From: Squalus acanthias
Taxonomy: Eukaryota
Direction of reading: 5' to 3'
NCBI GenBank assembly: GCA_030390025.1
Contig: CM059437.1
Location: 27,652,001 to 27,716,000 of the forward strand
DNA length: 64,000 nucleotides
The notes under the pieces were generated by a model, which ran no database searches, was not told where the DNA came from, and was given only the letters and a program-made list of their open reading frames with translations. The position numbers were made by a program, and so were the translations under genes. This document shows, piece by piece, positions 62,913 through 64,000 of this stretch. Within the stretch, counting starts at the first letter, position 1. Each line of letters begins with the position of its first letter.

Positions 62913-63659
62913 ATGCTCCATGTGGTTGAGCAGCCAGTTGACATTCACCATTCAAGAAGAAGGTGAGGTACGGGAGCCACCTGCGCCCGTGGTACTGCCC
63001 CCCTCCCACCACCCTGGCAGGGAGAAGTCAATGCCTGCAAGAGAGGCAGACGGGAGGGAAAACAAAACAAGATTTGAGCTTATCTGCAATTGGCAGAACT
63101 CCATTTCCAATCATACAACAGGATGATTCAGCCATTAATACAGGTGTAGTAGGGCTGAGTCAAAATACACTATGTGAAGATTGACTCGAATGGTGCTTTC
63201 CACTTACCAGGACACCATCTAAATTAAGACAATTGAGGACAGTGGTAGTAAATAACTTGAGCATGTGATTCAACTCTCTCTCATCACTGCACATTGCACA
63301 ATGTTAGTAGCACTTCCATATCTCAAAAACATTAACATGTCTCGTTGCGAGAGATTTTTATGCTCACCCGCATGTGACTTTTCAATACCGCCTAGCCACT
63401 TCCCAAAATAAACACTGGAGCTGCAAAGTTCAATCACAATCCAATGAAATCTATCACAACATTGAGCTCTAGGAACCAGTCGGTTTTATCACCAGGTTTA
63501 ATTTATGTATCGACACCAACACACAACAGCAAATAAATCTCGCTCAAGCCAATACACTTTAACGTTGTAGGATACGCTCTTCATTCACCACATCTGACCA
63601 TCACCCAGTGGCCACAACAACAACAACTTGTATTTATATAACACCCGTAACGTAATAAA

Positions 63660-64000
63660 ACATATCAGATCCTGAGGGGTCTGGACAGGGTGGATGTGGA
63701 GAGGATGTTTCCTCTTGTGGGAGAATCTAGAACTAGGGGTCACTGTTTAAAAATAAGGGGTCGCCCATTTAAGACAGAGATGAGGAGAAATTTTTTCTCA
63801 CAGAGGGTCGTGAGTCTTTGGACCTCTCTTCCTCAGAGGGCGGTGGAAGCAGAGTCTTTGAATATTTTTAAGGCAGAGGTAGATAGATTCTTGGTAAGCA
63901 AGGGGGTGAAAGGTTATCGGGGGTGGGCGGGAATGTGGAGTAATCGGATCAGCCATGATCTTATTGAATGGCGGAGCAGGCTCGAAGGGTCGAGTGGCCT
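63660..64000 (+). mobile_element. CR1 3' fragment, runs off the window
   Basis: GLDRVDVERMFPLVGESRTRGH motif and 3' UTR. Confidence 0.85.

Overview
Vertebrate genomic DNA, most likely a cartilaginous fish (inferred from its DeuSINE/CR1/L2/Harbinger/Penelope repeat content). The window is mostly intronic sequence of thyroid hormone receptor alpha (thra) on the minus strand. Two coding exons with canonical splice sites and compatible phases are visible: 23005-23069 (WPDGKRKRKNSQ...) and 1940-2040 (first C4 zinc finger). The start-codon exon was not found. The rest is a dense repeat mosaic: CR1, L2 and RTE LINE fragments, DeuSINEs, several PIF/Harbinger MITE families, a spliced Harbinger Myb/SANT-like gene and a solo LTR. 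The most notable features are Penelope-like inserts carrying minimal hammerhead ribozyme motifs, including a 525-bp fold-back with apparently identical 247-bp arms, and four hammerhead motifs oriented in the thra sense direction. Most short ORFs in the supplied track are repeat-derived or spurious. All calls were made by eye, and repeat boundaries are approximate unless a TSD or TIR is quoted.
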